Below are positions 62,838 through 64,000 of a DNA stretch of 64,000 bases, piece by piece. The position numbers were made by a program, and so were the translations under genes. The notes under the pieces were generated by a model. The model ran no database searches, was not told the origin of the DNA, and saw nothing but the letters and a program-made list of their open reading frames with translations. The stretch covers positions 9,734,001-9,798,000 of the forward strand of contig CP075496.1 in the NCBI GenBank assembly GCA_021613535.1, in the 5' to 3' direction. Each line of letters starts with the position of its first letter. The stretch's first letter is position 1. This stretch comes from Adineta vaga (Eukaryota; Animalia; Rotifera).

Positions 62838-63780
62838 TTTACTTGTATCGATACGCTTTGCTTCCTATGTTACAAAAAGTCTTGTCTGTACATGTATGTG
62901 TTATGTTGTGTAATAAATAATAAATTAATTTCTGATAAAACAGTTCGATGATGGTAAAAAAAGGAGTATTTGTTATTCTTTCTGACTCATGAGGGGATAT
63001 GAACGGTTATTATTTCTAATATTTATATGTATATTTTTACAGAAACGACTGAAAAATAAATACTCCTCGAGAAGCGAGATTCAATAATTCGATGTATTGT
63101 CCTAGAGACAGTAACTATATTCACACAATTGTATAGATGATATTTTCTTTTCTTCAAAACAAAAAAAAGAATTGTATTATATTTCTGCATATTTCACACT
63201 TCTTTACACTATAATTCACTTCTGAATATGTCTTTCCATGATGTGAATGTAGATATTTCGTTGATATAATATGTCATATAAAGGAGAGGAATGTCGATGA
63301 TTTCTATCGAATTTGTCATGCAAATTTCAAATATTTGTCATGTGAGAAATTATTTTTTCCAACAAAAAATTCTATTTGCATTGAATAATGCGAGAAAGAA
63401 AGAGTTTTTCATCCTCATCTTGTTTGCTGTCGAGAGAAGTTTGTTGGAAAAAAAGAACAGACTAAATGCTTTGAAAAAAAAGTTTACTTGCATTATTGTT
63501 CTTCAAATAGAGCAGACATAAATGGATGCGAGGAAGAACGAACAACAGCAATAAAAACAGCGTAATAAGAAATACCTTTGGATTGCATTAGTTCGAAAAT
63601 AACCGTACATCTCGTATGTAAATGTCGATTTTCGGTATACTCATGACTGTGTTACTATGTTAACTTCATCGACTTGTCAACAAAGTTTAAAAATCTTACT
63701 TTTCTTATGTTTTATTTATATAGTCAAACAAATCAGATTTATGTTCACATTGTGTTGAAAGTTGCTCGTCAACTACTTAC

Positions 63781-63903
63781 CTTGTCGAGATTTGAGAGCA
63801 TGGGTGAGACAAAATTCAAGCGTCCATTAGCCTCTGCAACAGATAGAGATGAAAAAGTCAGAGCAAACCCAAAGAAAATAAATATTAAAACTTCGTTCGT
63901 CAT
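63781..63903 (-). CDS. Possible first coding exon of a secreted protein
   Basis: ATG at 63903 reads MTNEVLIFIFFGFALTFSSLSVAEA…LDK into a strong AAG|GTAAGT donor; downstream exons not identified. Confidence 0.35.
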
Positions 63904-64000
63904 TGTAATTGACGTTGTTTTTTCGTTTTTCTTTTCTGGGTTGTTCTTTATCTTGATTGACGTGTATCTCGGTTGTTTTGCATCTTACACACTGCTAGTC

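Overview
AT-rich eukaryotic (animal) genomic DNA with densely packed genes and short (~45-70 nt) GT-AG introns. The gene content (ADP-ribosyltransferase-LRR and ART-TPR genes, intronless 7TM receptor paralogues, F-box/LRR genes, NHL-repeat genes, intron-containing bacterial-type enzymes) strongly resembles a bdelloid rotifer; this taxon call is inference. Left to right: an immune-like block (ART-LRR, helical-Death-TIR-TIR gene with two frameshifts, RING-LRR); an ERICH3/DUF4590-like gene; a cluster of fold-back/MITE elements; three related GPCRs around a nuclear receptor and its decayed tandem copy; F-box genes; a signal-peptide BTB-NHL gene; an MFSD5-like transporter; two identical tRNA-Leu(AAG) genes; a Ubc12-like E2; SnoaL-like and MsrA genes; a mucin-MAM membrane gene with 14 identical 36-bp repeats. 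The most notable region (about 54-59 kb) is a candidate antimicrobial locus: a bacterial-type C1A protease, a secreted intron-containing M23 peptidase, and a head-to-head macin/defensin-like 8-Cys peptide. All calls come from motif recognition by eye; no database searches were run.
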